Assembly: GCA_049965555.1 (NCBI GenBank)
Contig: JBMFWF010000002.1
Span: 26,751 to 90,750, forward strand
Origin: Candidatus Parvarchaeum sp.
Lineage (GTDB): Archaea > Nanobdellota > Nanobdellia > Parvarchaeales > Parvarchaeaceae
DNA length: 64,000 nucleotides
Direction of reading: 5' to 3'
The notes beneath the pieces were generated by a model. That model did no database searches. It was given only the letters and a program-made list of their open reading frames with translations, and was not told the DNA's origin. The first letter of the stretch is position 1, and every line of letters begins with the position of its first letter. A program made the position numbers and the translations under genes. Below are positions 1 to 8,883 of the stretch, one piece after another.

Positions 1-231
1 TTTCTTTCCTTCCTTATCTGTAAGCTCTTCGGTTCCTATTTCAATGCCGGAAATTTTGAGGTCTTTCATGAATTTATGCATAGTGACCTGGGATATGTCG
101 ACTGCAGTAGAAATAGATGAACCCCTTGCCTTTATTATAACCTGATTATTTCCGGAGTTCAAATGGGTAAGTATGGCCATCACATAAGACATTATAGGTT
201 TTTTCCCTACAAAAATTATATCATTTTCCAT
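1..231 (-). CDS. albA: DNA/RNA-binding protein Alba (3' end runs off the window)
   Basis: Manual translation from ATG at 231: MENDIIFVGKKPIMSYVMAILTHLNSGNNQVIIKARGSSISTAVD...IEIGTEEL; IFVGKKP and KARG Alba motifs. Not in the ORF track. Confidence 0.95.
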   Translation of the reverse strand, partial: MENDIIFVGKKPIMSYVMAILTHLNSGNNQVIIKARGSSISTAVDISQVTMHKFMKDLKISGIEIGTEELTDKEGKK

Positions 232-284
232 AATTCTATTTTTTGAATTTATATGTATATAAGCATTTATGTTTTGCTGAAATA

Positions 285-644
285 TTATCTGCTGCTTATT
301 TTCACGGCCCTGCCGTCGAAAGATAACGTCCTTATACCAAGCTTATTTGCCCGCGATCTTAACTCCTTATCTTCCGTAAAAAGAATTTTGTTTTCATGCA
401 AACAAAAATCCAGTAAAGTGTCGTCAGTGCTTTTGCCTTTATCAAATTCTATTGTCTTTAAGCCGTAGGAAATAAAAAAGCTCTTTACATCCTGCCTTTT
501 AATAGTATTTAATTCATCCATACATTTCTTGATAGTTGAAATTGAAAAGCTGCTCTGGAAAAAAGCATCAAGCAAATTTATCAGATCGAGTTTATTGTCA
601 AAGCAATAAACCATAACGTTTGTGTCTATGACAACCTCATTCAT
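285..644 (-). CDS. PIN-domain protein (Fcf1/Utp24-like nuclease)
   Basis: VVIDTN, TDDTLL and LFTEDKELR acidic PIN motifs; usual position downstream of aIF2-gamma. Confidence 0.85.
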   Translation of the reverse strand: MNEVVIDTNVMVYCFDNKLDLINLLDAFFQSSFSISTIKKCMDELNTIKRQDVKSFFISYGLKTIEFDKGKSTDDTLLDFCLHENKILFTEDKELRSRANKLGIRTLSFDGRAVKISSR

Positions 645-1818
645 ATATATTTCCTGATCCTGCTATTGTCCAAACATTGTTGATTTTTCTTGACAAAATG
701 GCCCTTTCGCCGATAAAATACGGCAATGCCGAATTTCCCAAATTTACAATTAGCCCGTTATTTGAATAAGAAACAATAGTTCCAAGAACCTTTGAAGAAA
801 GAACATTTAAAAGAACTGTTTCGTTTTTCTGCGGAGGCTTGCTGAACTTATCTTTTATAGGCTCGTATTTCATTGCTATCCTGTTTTTAAACAATGGAAC
901 AGTATCACTTTTTACAATTAGAGAGCCTGCCAGATTGTCTCTTCTTGCAAGCGAAGGATCTAAATCCGTTTCTAATCCTATCATTAAGCCCCTTGAAACC
1001 TCCTTTTCTGGACCGAATTCACTTTGTATGCTTAAAACCTTGGTCTTTAAAGGCTTCCACGAATTTTTAATATAGACACCTGGATAAACTACCACTGGAT
1101 CATTAATTTTTAATGAACCTGATTTTAATCCTCCTCCTAAAACCCCTCCTTTAAGTTCATTTATGTCCGTGCCTGGCTTGTTGATGTCAAAGCTCCTTAC
1201 AACTACCATCTCTGTTCTTTCTTCCTTTGGACTGTCCGGCACTTCAAACTTGCCTATTTCCTGTATAAGCTCTGTAATGTTTACGTCCTGTGCAGCGAAT
1301 ACCGGTATTATTTTTGCATCGGGATAACCGTTTTTTGACATGAAATCTTTTATTTCATTATAGCTTTCCTTTGCACGATCCTTTCCAACAACATCTATTT
1401 TTGTCTGTGCTACGACTATGTTTTTAACTCCTATTATGCGCAATGCCTCTATATGCTCTTGTGTCTGAGGCTGAGGACACTTTTGATTAGCAGCTATAAC
1501 AAGAACTGCTCCGTCAACTAAAGTTGCCCCGCTTAGCATTATAGTCATCAAGGTTTTATGCCCAGGTGAGTCTATTATTGAAACTCTGTAGTAAAGGCTT
1601 GCATTTGAATTGCATACCTCACATTTTTCATGTCTGCTGAATGAACCGCATGAATCGCACTTGTATATGAGAAAATGAGCATAACCAAGCCTTATTGTTA
1701 TCCCTCTCTTCTTTTCTTCGCTGTGCCTTAAAGTAGATTCGCTAGTAATTGCCCTTACTAAAGTCGTCTTACCATCGGCGAAATTACCAACTACATCTAT
1801 TGTTATATCCTTAACCAT
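637..1818 (-). CDS. eif2g: Translation initiation factor aIF2 gamma subunit
   Basis: HSEEKKRGITIRLGYA, Zn-knuckle CxxC..CxxC, DSPGH, PQPQTQEH, RSFDINKPG; follows rps6e. Confidence 0.95.
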   Translation of the reverse strand: MVKDITIDVVGNFADGKTTLVRAITSESTLRHSEEKKRGITIRLGYAHFLIYKCDSCGSFSRHEKCEVCNSNASLYYRVSIIDSPGHKTLMTIMLSGATLVDGAVLVIAANQKCPQPQTQEHIEALRIIGVKNIVVAQTKIDVVGKDRAKESYNEIKDFMSKNGYPDAKIIPVFAAQDVNITELIQEIGKFEVPDSPKEERTEMVVVRSFDINKPGTDINELKGGVLGGGLKSGSLKINDPVVVYPGVYIKNSWKPLKTKVLSIQSEFGPEKEVSRGLMIGLETDLDPSLARRDNLAGSLIVKSDTVPLFKNRIAMKYEPIKDKFSKPPQKNETVLLNVLSSKVLGTIVSYSNNGLIVNLGNSALPYFIGERAILSRKINNVWTIAGSGNIYE

Positions 1819-2188
1819 TAGAAGGCGTAAATAACTGCTCCAAAGATTTTTCCCCGTACTTTGATATTTTTATGTTAATTTGAGACGTAAACTGACTTAT
1901 AGTATTTCCGGCAATGCTCTTCCTCCTGCGTATGTTCTGTTTATTCCCCAGTCCCTTGCCTATGAGAACTTTTCTAAGGCCTGAGCCGTCTAAGTCCTTT
2001 GACATAGGCATTCCAGTCATATAGCTTCCGCCGGTTATTATTCCAGAGTAGCCGTCCAAACCTAAAACAGAAAGATCCAGTTCCTCGCCTATCTTTTTTC
2101 CGAATAACTGGTCTGCTTTGTCGCTTTCCAGCGTTTTATTAAATGACCTGCCTGTTTTCGAATCGTTTATTACAATCTTCATCTCCAT
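1811..2188 (-). CDS. rps6e: Ribosomal protein eS6
   Basis: KIVINDSKTG, GKKIGEE, ITGGS..G.PM, RRRKSIAGNTI. Confidence 0.93.
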   Translation of the reverse strand: MEMKIVINDSKTGRSFNKTLESDKADQLFGKKIGEELDLSVLGLDGYSGIITGGSYMTGMPMSKDLDGSGLRKVLIGKGLGNKQNIRRRKSIAGNTISQFTSQINIKISKYGEKSLEQLFTPSNG

Positions 2189-2264
2189 AGACTTTATTAG
2201 ATATAACTGTTATTTATAAATAGCTTTGCATTAGAATAAATAACTTATTAAATAGCAAAACTAT

Positions 2265-2963
2265 TTGGTTGAAATGGAAATGATCTTTGTTGAATCTAGA
2301 TTCAAGGGAAAGCTAAGCGAGGAATTTGTAAAAAGGATTTACGATGAAATAAAACCATATAAAAAGATAAACTTGGTAGCTGCAATACAGTTCATAGACC
2401 AAATGAATGATTTTAAGGACAGGATAAAAGACAAGGAATTTGTAGTCAAGCAGTCTCTTTACAGAGCAATGTACCCCGGGCAGATTCTGGGCTGCGATGT
2501 TTATGCTGCCGACTGCAGTGACTGCGATGCAACTTTGGCATTTGAACAGGGCATGTTTCACGTTCTTGGAATACCGCTTAAATATGGGAAAACGGTAATA
2601 ACTGCGGATCCTGAAACTGAGAATATAGAAGTAATAAATGCTGAAGTAGCTGATAAATACAGGAAAAGAATAATGCAGGGCATAGGCGCAGTATTGACTG
2701 CCAAAAAAGTCATGTTTGTAGAGTCTACAAAGGCAGGGCAGACATACGGCTCAAAACTTTTAAAGGAAAAGCTAAGAAAGGACGGCAAGCAGGTTTATTC
2801 TGTAGTTGCAGATGAAATAAACTTTGAGAGATTAAATGAATTCAGGGAAATAGACGTTTTCATAAGCACTGCCTGCCAAAGAATAGCCATAGATGACATG
2901 AACAAGGTCAAAAAACCAATGATAAATGCAGAGGACCTCGAAAGTTATCTTAAAGAGAAATGA
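2265..2963 (+). CDS. dph2: Diphthamide biosynthesis Dph2, C-terminal part (domains 2-3) of a split gene
   Basis: PGQILGC, GMFH, STKAGQ, STACQRIAIDD motifs; lacks the N-terminal QxPxG/GACD domain. Confidence 0.88.
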   Translation: MVEMEMIFVESRFKGKLSEEFVKRIYDEIKPYKKINLVAAIQFIDQMNDFKDRIKDKEFVVKQSLYRAMYPGQILGCDVYAADCSDCDATLAFEQGMFHVLGIPLKYGKTVITADPETENIEVINAEVADKYRKRIMQGIGAVLTAKKVMFVESTKAGQTYGSKLLKEKLRKDGKQVYSVVADEINFERLNEFREIDVFISTACQRIAIDDMNKVKKPMINAEDLESYLKEK

Positions 2964-2996
2964 AATAGATTTAAATAACCAAATTCATAAATCAGT

Positions 2997-3923
2997 ATGA
3001 AGGCAATAGTCACTGGCGGAGCTGGCTTTATAGGCTCACATATTGCTGAAAGCCTTTTAAAGGAAGGCTATTCAGTCTCTGTAATCGATTCTTTAAACAC
3101 AGGCAATAAAAACAACCTAAAAGCAATATCCAGTAAAATAAAGTTCATAAAGGGCAATTCATCGCAGATATCAAAACTTGGAAAAGCCGACATAGTATTC
3201 CATGAAGGGATTTATTCATCGACCCCTATGTACAGAAAAGACAATACTTTGATCGGAAAAGCGATCTCTGAATTTATAGCAGTCTTAAATTACTGTGTAA
3301 AAAACAAATGCAAGCTTGTTTTTGCTTCAAGTTCATCTATATACAACGGTTACCCCCCGCCCCACAAGGAAGACATGCTTCCAAAAGTTAAGGATTTTTA
3401 CACTGAAGCAAGATACCCAATGGAGAGGCTTGCGGAGCTTTTCAGACAGATGTATGGATTGGAGTACTGCGGATTAAGGTATTTCAGTGTGTATGGGGAT
3501 AGAGAAGAGAGTAAAAAAGAATTCGCGAATATGGTTTCCCAGATAATATGGAAGGGCTTATTAGATAAAGAATTAGTAATATATGGAGATGGCACACAGA
3601 GGAGAGATCTTATAAACATTGCAGATGTTGTATATGCCAACCTGCTTGCTGCGAAAAGCAAGGAAAATGGGATTTTCAATGTGGGCACAGGAGTGTCATA
3701 TTCATTTAATGAAATAATAGAAAAAGTAGGAAATGCTATGGGTAAAAAGATAAAGGTAAAGAACATTGAAAACCCGCTCAAAAATTATGTAGAAGTGGTT
3801 CATGCTGACACTGAAAAAAGCAGGGAAAAGCTGGGTTTCTCTGCAAAGATAAAGGCAGAAGAAGGAATAAATATGGCCTTAGATTATTATAAAAAACTCA
3901 AGAAAGTACCTGACATATTTTAA
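2997..3923 (+). CDS. NAD-dependent nucleotide-sugar epimerase/dehydratase (extended SDR, HldD/RfaD-like features)
   Basis: VTGGAGFIGSH, VFHEGIYSST, FASSSSIY, LRYFSVYG, IYGDGTQRRD, FNVGTG. Confidence 0.88.
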   Translation: MKAIVTGGAGFIGSHIAESLLKEGYSVSVIDSLNTGNKNNLKAISSKIKFIKGNSSQISKLGKADIVFHEGIYSSTPMYRKDNTLIGKAISEFIAVLNYCVKNKCKLVFASSSSIYNGYPPPHKEDMLPKVKDFYTEARYPMERLAELFRQMYGLEYCGLRYFSVYGDREESKKEFANMVSQIIWKGLLDKELVIYGDGTQRRDLINIADVVYANLLAAKSKENGIFNVGTGVSYSFNEIIEKVGNAMGKKIKVKNIENPLKNYVEVVHADTEKSREKLGFSAKIKAEEGINMALDYYKKLKKVPDIF

Positions 3924-4832
3924 TTACAAAAACTTTATTTTTCCGACAACTCTGTTTCTACCGACCGATAAACTTGGATCGGCAATAAGGTAAGTCCCTT
4001 TTATTTCAGGTATCTTTCTATTAAAATGTGCATTTACTCTGCTGCCATCTCTTAAAAGATTGAGGCTTAGAGGTTCACCTAAAAAAGAACATGAAAGCTG
4101 TTTAGAGAATGGGTCTTCTTTGTAAAATGGAGAAAGAGTTAACTCTACTTCCAAAGTATCGTTCACTTTATTTATTGACGACAAAGCATAATTGTTTGAA
4201 AGGTCCTGCTCTGAAACATTATTTAACGCAAGGCCTACATGAGAACCAGTTTCTGCAAAATCATTATCAACGTCCATTATCTGTATGCTTTTTACGCTAC
4301 ACTGCTTTAATGAAGGCAAAAGAAATAGCTTTTCCCCTTTCCTAATCTGTTGCCCAATAACAAAACCTATTATAACAGACCCTATGCCCTTGACTATAAA
4401 ATGCTTGTCTATTGAAACGTACTTGAAGTATTTCTCTTTCTGTTTTGTTTTTTCTACAGATATTTGACTTATATCAGATTTGTTGAACTTCCCCACTTTG
4501 TATTTCTCAAAAAACTTGTCAAAAGAATTAATATCAGAGTAATCATCCTTAAGTACCAGCCCATCTTCTATCCCTGAATTTTCAATACAAAGCGCAAGCT
4601 CTGCATCTAATGCATTTATTTCGCTCCCGACAAAAAAATAAACGTAATCTGAAACCGAAAGTATATAAAGAACAGAAAGCAGCGACTTCGGAAAATCGAC
4701 TGAATAAAGGATTAAATTATCGTTCTTGTCTAATGCTATCTGTACACCGTTTATAAGGTCAAGTTTCTTTGATATTATACCCTTCATCTTCTCTTCTTCA
4801 ATTGGCTTTGAAGACATCAATCCAATTATCAT
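3924..4832 (-). CDS. SelB-like / EF-Tu domain II protein with degenerate G domain
   Basis: IDKHFIVKGIGSVIIG...VKSIQIMD...GSHVGLAL matches EF-Tu/SelB domain II; no P-loop in the N-terminus. Confidence 0.8.
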   Translation of the reverse strand: MIIGLMSSKPIEEEKMKGIISKKLDLINGVQIALDKNDNLILYSVDFPKSLLSVLYILSVSDYVYFFVGSEINALDAELALCIENSGIEDGLVLKDDYSDINSFDKFFEKYKVGKFNKSDISQISVEKTKQKEKYFKYVSIDKHFIVKGIGSVIIGFVIGQQIRKGEKLFLLPSLKQCSVKSIQIMDVDNDFAETGSHVGLALNNVSEQDLSNNYALSSINKVNDTLEVELTLSPFYKEDPFSKQLSCSFLGEPLSLNLLRDGSRVNAHFNRKIPEIKGTYLIADPSLSVGRNRVVGKIKFL

Positions 4833-4878
4833 CAGTAGCTTAATTCATTCTATCTTTAAAAATTATACTTTCGCCTGC

Positions 4879-5631
4879 CTATTCTGGCTTCTTAGCGATT
4901 ATTACCATTCTAGATTTGTTAAAGTAGCCGCTCTCCGGATCATATTCAAAAACCTCCTTAAAATAATCAATATTGTCATTTAGTATCTTCTTTGCTTTTC
5001 TGCCTTCTATGCTGTTTTCACTTACCGGCGACAGCCAAGACTGAAAAGTTTCCTTTGTCTCAAAAGTCTTAAAATTATCGACTTCAAAGGCATTTTCTTT
5101 CAATAACTTAAACCAATAATCCAGAGATTCAGAACTTATATAACTTGTATCCCTTGCCTTCTCAAATTTATTGAAGATGTCTTTTTTATCTCCTGTCGGC
5201 TTAAGTAAGTCAGTTATGCCGAATTTCCCTCCTTTTTTAAGAACTCTCCACACTTCTTCTATGAATTTTCTCTTTTCTTTTATATGATGTGCAACTCTTC
5301 TGCAGGTTACTGCATCAAAAACATTGTCTGGAAACGGCATTGACAAGGCATCTCCTCTTACAAAAATAACATTATTATAATCCTCATTTTCGGCCTTTCT
5401 AACGGCTATTTCAAGCATGTGTTCATTGATATCTAAACCTAGAGAGATGGCTACCTTCCCAGAGATTTCAAAAGCAACAAAACCTGGGCCGGTACCTACA
5501 TCCAAAACTTTATAACTTTTCTTTAAATCTAGCATTGAAATAAGTAAATCCAAATCCTTTCCATGCATGTGGCTCTCGCTACTGGCATATTCCTTTGCAT
5601 GCCTACTAAAAAATCCTTGTAGAGACTGCAT
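4879..5631 (-). CDS. Class I SAM-dependent methyltransferase (UbiE/type 11-like)
   Basis: VLDVGTGPG, GDALSMPFPDNVFDAV, RVLKKGG. Confidence 0.9.
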   Translation of the reverse strand: MQSLQGFFSRHAKEYASSESHMHGKDLDLLISMLDLKKSYKVLDVGTGPGFVAFEISGKVAISLGLDINEHMLEIAVRKAENEDYNNVIFVRGDALSMPFPDNVFDAVTCRRVAHHIKEKRKFIEEVWRVLKKGGKFGITDLLKPTGDKKDIFNKFEKARDTSYISSESLDYWFKLLKENAFEVDNFKTFETKETFQSWLSPVSENSIEGRKAKKILNDNIDYFKEVFEYDPESGYFNKSRMVIIAKKPE

Positions 5632-5687
5632 AATATTGAATAAAAGCCAAAGGATTAATAGTTTTGTAAAATAGAATTATTCAAAAA

Positions 5688-5761
5688 TGGGCTCGACGGG
5701 ATTTGAACCCGCAACAATCCGGTTAAGAGCCGGATGCTCTACCGAGTTAAGCTACGAGCCC
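5688..5761 (-). tRNA. tRNA-Lys(CTT)
   Basis: GGGCTCG acceptor stem, anticodon arm TCCGG-CT-CTT-AA-CCGGA, T arm GGTTCAAATCC. Confidence 0.96.
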
Positions 5762-5810
5762 ACTGACAAATCATTTAATTGTGCAAACAATAAAAATGTT
5801 TATTTTGTGC

Positions 5811-6395
5811 TTAATGGCCAATATACTTCAAGATAGAATGGTCTACTAGGTAAAAATCAACGTTTTCCGGTTTCAAATTTTGTATTATATAGCGTATATT
5901 TTCCTCTTTATCTTCAAATAAAACTAAGTGATCGTATCTTTTACTTAGTTTTTCCGTCTCCAATTTTTTCCATTCTTCATCGCGTAATTCGTGATTCTCC
6001 GGCAGTATTACCTGCTTATAAGTTAAGCCGTATTTATTTAATAGTTCTTCAGTCTCTTTCCTAAACTCTTCTCCGCGAGCGCTCATAATTATGAGTTCGT
6101 TTCCTTCTTTGATATTCTCTTTTAAATAATCGATAAGCGGTTGATTAGGCAAAAGCCTGCTGCTGTACGTAGTGTAGGCAAGAGTATACAAATTGTCTTT
6201 CCATTTTCTGTTGAAGTCTTTAGGGATCTTGCCTTCTCCTATTATAATCTCAAGATTATTCAAAATTCCGCAGTAATTCTCTGCTTTTTCCTTAAATGCG
6301 GTATCATACAAATCTTTTGCCGCTGATATAATCGCATCTTTATTGAAAAAAAGAGTATCATCGAAATCGGAGACTAGTACTGATAACTTTCCCAT
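5811..6395 (-). CDS. HAD-superfamily phosphatase
   Basis: Motif I SDFDDTLF, motif II MSAR, motif IV LFEDKEEN. Confidence 0.75.
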   Translation of the reverse strand: MGKLSVLVSDFDDTLFFNKDAIISAAKDLYDTAFKEKAENYCGILNNLEIIIGEGKIPKDFNRKWKDNLYTLAYTTYSSRLLPNQPLIDYLKENIKEGNELIIMSARGEEFRKETEELLNKYGLTYKQVILPENHELRDEEWKKLETEKLSKRYDHLVLFEDKEENIRYIIQNLKPENVDFYLVDHSILKYIGH

Positions 6396-6449
6396 TTTAT
6401 TTTAAGAAACAGAGAATTTAAATAAATGACATTACTTAAAAGTTTGTAA

Positions 6450-6525
6450 GGGCCTATGGTCTAGTGGTTATGACGTCTGCCTTACACGCAGAAGGCCGGG
6501 AGTTCGAACCTCCCTGGGCCCACCA
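6450..6525 (+). tRNA. tRNA-Val(TAC), CCA encoded
   Basis: GGGCCTA/TGGGCCC acceptor stem, TCTGC-CT-TAC-AC-GCAGA, GTTCGAAC, ends ACCA. Confidence 0.96.
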
Positions 6526-6530
6526 TTAAC

Positions 6531-6806
6531 ATGGCAGAGAAGATAAGATGCGCGCATATATTGGTAGAAAAACAGTCTGTTGCATACAGCATACTTGAAA
6601 AAATAAACAAGGGAGAAAGCTTTTCGAAGCTAGCAGAGCAGTTTTCCATTGACAGCTCTAGAAGAAGAGGCGGAGATTTAGGGTATTTTGGCAGAGGTGT
6701 TATGGTAAAGGAATTTGAAAAAGCCGCGTTTTCTCTGAATAAAGGAGAAGTTTCTCAGCCTATAAAAACGCAGTTCGGTTATCACATAATTAAGAGATTA
6801 GATTAA
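6531..6806 (+). CDS. ppiC: Parvulin-type peptidyl-prolyl cis-trans isomerase
   Basis: CAHILV, FSKLAEQFS, GGDLGYFGRGVMVKEFEKAAF, KTQFGYHII. Confidence 0.95.
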   Translation: MAEKIRCAHILVEKQSVAYSILEKINKGESFSKLAEQFSIDSSRRRGGDLGYFGRGVMVKEFEKAAFSLNKGEVSQPIKTQFGYHIIKRLD

Positions 6807-7267
6807 TCGGAATAAAACTTGTTTCCAAGCAAAGTAGACAGCATCCTTTTGTATTCCTCTAAAAGGGCTAAATCAATGTAATCTGTTATAAAATCCAGAT
6901 TATCCTTGCTAGTTTCAATTTCTATTTTTATTATGTTTAAGTTATCAGAAAAAAGCTTGAATTTTTCAATATCTGAGTATTTTATTACATAAAATGATAG
7001 TCTATTCAAGTAATCATAATCGATATTTTTCTGATAATTTTTATCCATCTTTTCTTTAAAATTAGACAATGATGCGGAAGGCGTGCTTGCGTCTATGACT
7101 GCGCCACTTGCCGGCCACATCCCTATTGGAGATTCTGAAAGGATATTATCAACTTTTGAATCATTCACAAGGAATATTTCAGATGAACTAAAAAACATAT
7201 AGATTAGCTCCCTGCCTTTAGATGAAAAGGAAAGATTTGGTATAACCCCTTGTATGAAAGATGCCAT
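6803..7267 (-). CDS. Hypothetical protein
   Basis: 154-aa ORF filling the gap between parvulin and the ABM gene; no recognised motif. Confidence 0.55.
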   Translation of the reverse strand: MASFIQGVIPNLSFSSKGRELIYMFFSSSEIFLVNDSKVDNILSESPIGMWPASGAVIDASTPSASLSNFKEKMDKNYQKNIDYDYLNRLSFYVIKYSDIEKFKLFSDNLNIIKIEIETSKDNLDFITDYIDLALLEEYKRMLSTLLGNKFYSD

Positions 7268-7404
7268 TCATATATTAATCGACTATCGGTAATAAGTTTA
7301 CGCCTGCGTAATAAAACGTTTCATATCTTTTCTTTTTAACACTTTTGTTTCTATAAATTTTATATGATACAAATATTAATAATGTATAAATTACTAAATT
7401 AAAC

Positions 7405-7707
7405 ATGATAAACGTAGGAATGTACTACAATGTAAAGAAAGGACATGAAAAAGAATTTGAAGACACTTTCCAGAAAGTAGTTGACTATCTAAAAAACAAT
7501 GTAAAGGGATTTGAAAAGGCAAGTATATACAAGAAAGTAGGTAATGAAGATAGCACAACTGAGTATATGATATACAGCGAGTGGAAAGACGCAGATTCAT
7601 TCAGAGAGTTCACAACAGCAAAGGCATTCCATGAAACAACAGAATATGGAAAAACCATAATAGAAGGAAGGCCGTATCACAAGATATTCACTGAATTAAA
7701 GGAATAG
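7405..7707 (+). CDS. Antibiotic biosynthesis monooxygenase (ABM/IsdG-like) domain protein
   Basis: YNVKKGHEKEFE, GF, YMIYSEWKDADSF..FTTAKAFH pattern. Confidence 0.85.
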   Translation: MINVGMYYNVKKGHEKEFEDTFQKVVDYLKNNVKGFEKASIYKKVGNEDSTTEYMIYSEWKDADSFREFTTAKAFHETTEYGKTIIEGRPYHKIFTELKE

Positions 7708-7709
7708 AA

Positions 7710-8333
7710 TTAAAATGATTCTACTTTTCTTCCTACAAATACAGGACTCTCAACGATTATCCACTTTCTAGCTTCTGCTTTCCTCAGATTTCTTGCTATC
7801 TTCATCCATTTTGTAAGTGATTCGACTTCATAAAGAACAAGAAATTCATTGTCGTCAATCGCAAATGAGTAAGTTGTATATGACCTTATGTTTTCATTGT
7901 TTGGATCATTTATAGCCATGTTTACATGCTCTTTCGTTATCCTATTCTGTTCTTTTTCCCCCAGAAGGTACCATTTCGGATCTTTTTTAACAGGGTATGC
8001 TACTAGATACTTTAGCCTGTTATCTTCCTTCAGATAATTGGCATTTGGATGTTCATAGATTGAAAGATAACTGTATGTTTCATTCAGTTTATTGGCAAAA
8101 CGCCCCATCAATTCAGATTTAAATGAAAGCAGAGTGTCAAATGAATCCGCTATATTGAAAAGTATCAAATCGGCACTATGCTTTATAGAAAGATACTGCC
8201 TAGATATAAAGATCCCTTTTCCAGATATTTTTGAGGCAAGTTCATTTATACTTTTTACTAACTCTTTTTTGTTTATCTTGCCTTTACTGAAATCAAGCTT
8301 GAAGCAGTGCATCGAAACGAACAATTCTTCCAT
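7710..8333 (-). CDS. Chlorite dismutase / coproheme decarboxylase (ChdC/HemQ) family heme-binding protein
   Basis: YPVKKDPKWYLL..EQNRITKEH (proximal His), YSFAIDDNEF, LRKAEAR. Confidence 0.85.
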   Translation of the reverse strand: MEELFVSMHCFKLDFSKGKINKKELVKSINELASKISGKGIFISRQYLSIKHSADLILFNIADSFDTLLSFKSELMGRFANKLNETYSYLSIYEHPNANYLKEDNRLKYLVAYPVKKDPKWYLLGEKEQNRITKEHVNMAINDPNNENIRSYTTYSFAIDDNEFLVLYEVESLTKWMKIARNLRKAEARKWIIVESPVFVGRKVESF

Positions 8334-8334
8334 C

Positions 8335-8865
8335 TTACGGTTTTAAACCTTCGATCTTTTTGCAATTGCTGTAAAAAAGCAAAGCAAGCATTGTTTTTGT
8401 GTCCTTAATTTTACCAGCATACACTTTTTTAATTGCGTCATTAAACTTTATTTTTACAGGTGTTATAACTTCGTTTTCATCCAAATTCCTTTCCTTTTTG
8501 ATAAGATCATAAGCGACATAATAGTATTCGAAATAATCCATCAATGCAGGGTTATTCCAAGTTTTAAAAAGGAACTTGATTTTATTAGGATAATACCCTG
8601 TTTCTTCAGCAAGTTCCCTTCTTACAGCATTTTCTTTGCTTTCGCCTTTGTCTATTGAACCTGCAGGTATTTCAAGTATTGTTTTGTTCACTGCAAATCG
8701 AAACTGCTTTTCCATGATTATCGTATTTTTATCAAGAAAGGGCAGTATAACAACTGCATCATTTTTAATTATTCTGAAGTCTTTTAATCTTTTCCCACGT
8801 ATCTTTGAGTAGCCCTCTTCGATTCTAAGTGTATTAAATGGAGAGTTATACACTATAATTCCCAT
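8335..8865 (-). CDS. NUDIX hydrolase (ADP-ribose pyrophosphatase-like)
   Basis: QFR, EIPAGSIDKGESKENAVRRELAEETGY Nudix box, LDENE, IKDTKT. Confidence 0.92.
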   Translation of the reverse strand: MGIIVYNSPFNTLRIEEGYSKIRGKRLKDFRIIKNDAVVILPFLDKNTIIMEKQFRFAVNKTILEIPAGSIDKGESKENAVRRELAEETGYYPNKIKFLFKTWNNPALMDYFEYYYVAYDLIKKERNLDENEVITPVKIKFNDAIKKVYAGKIKDTKTMLALLFYSNCKKIEGLKP

Positions 8866-8883
8866 GTATAAACTAAAAAATTC

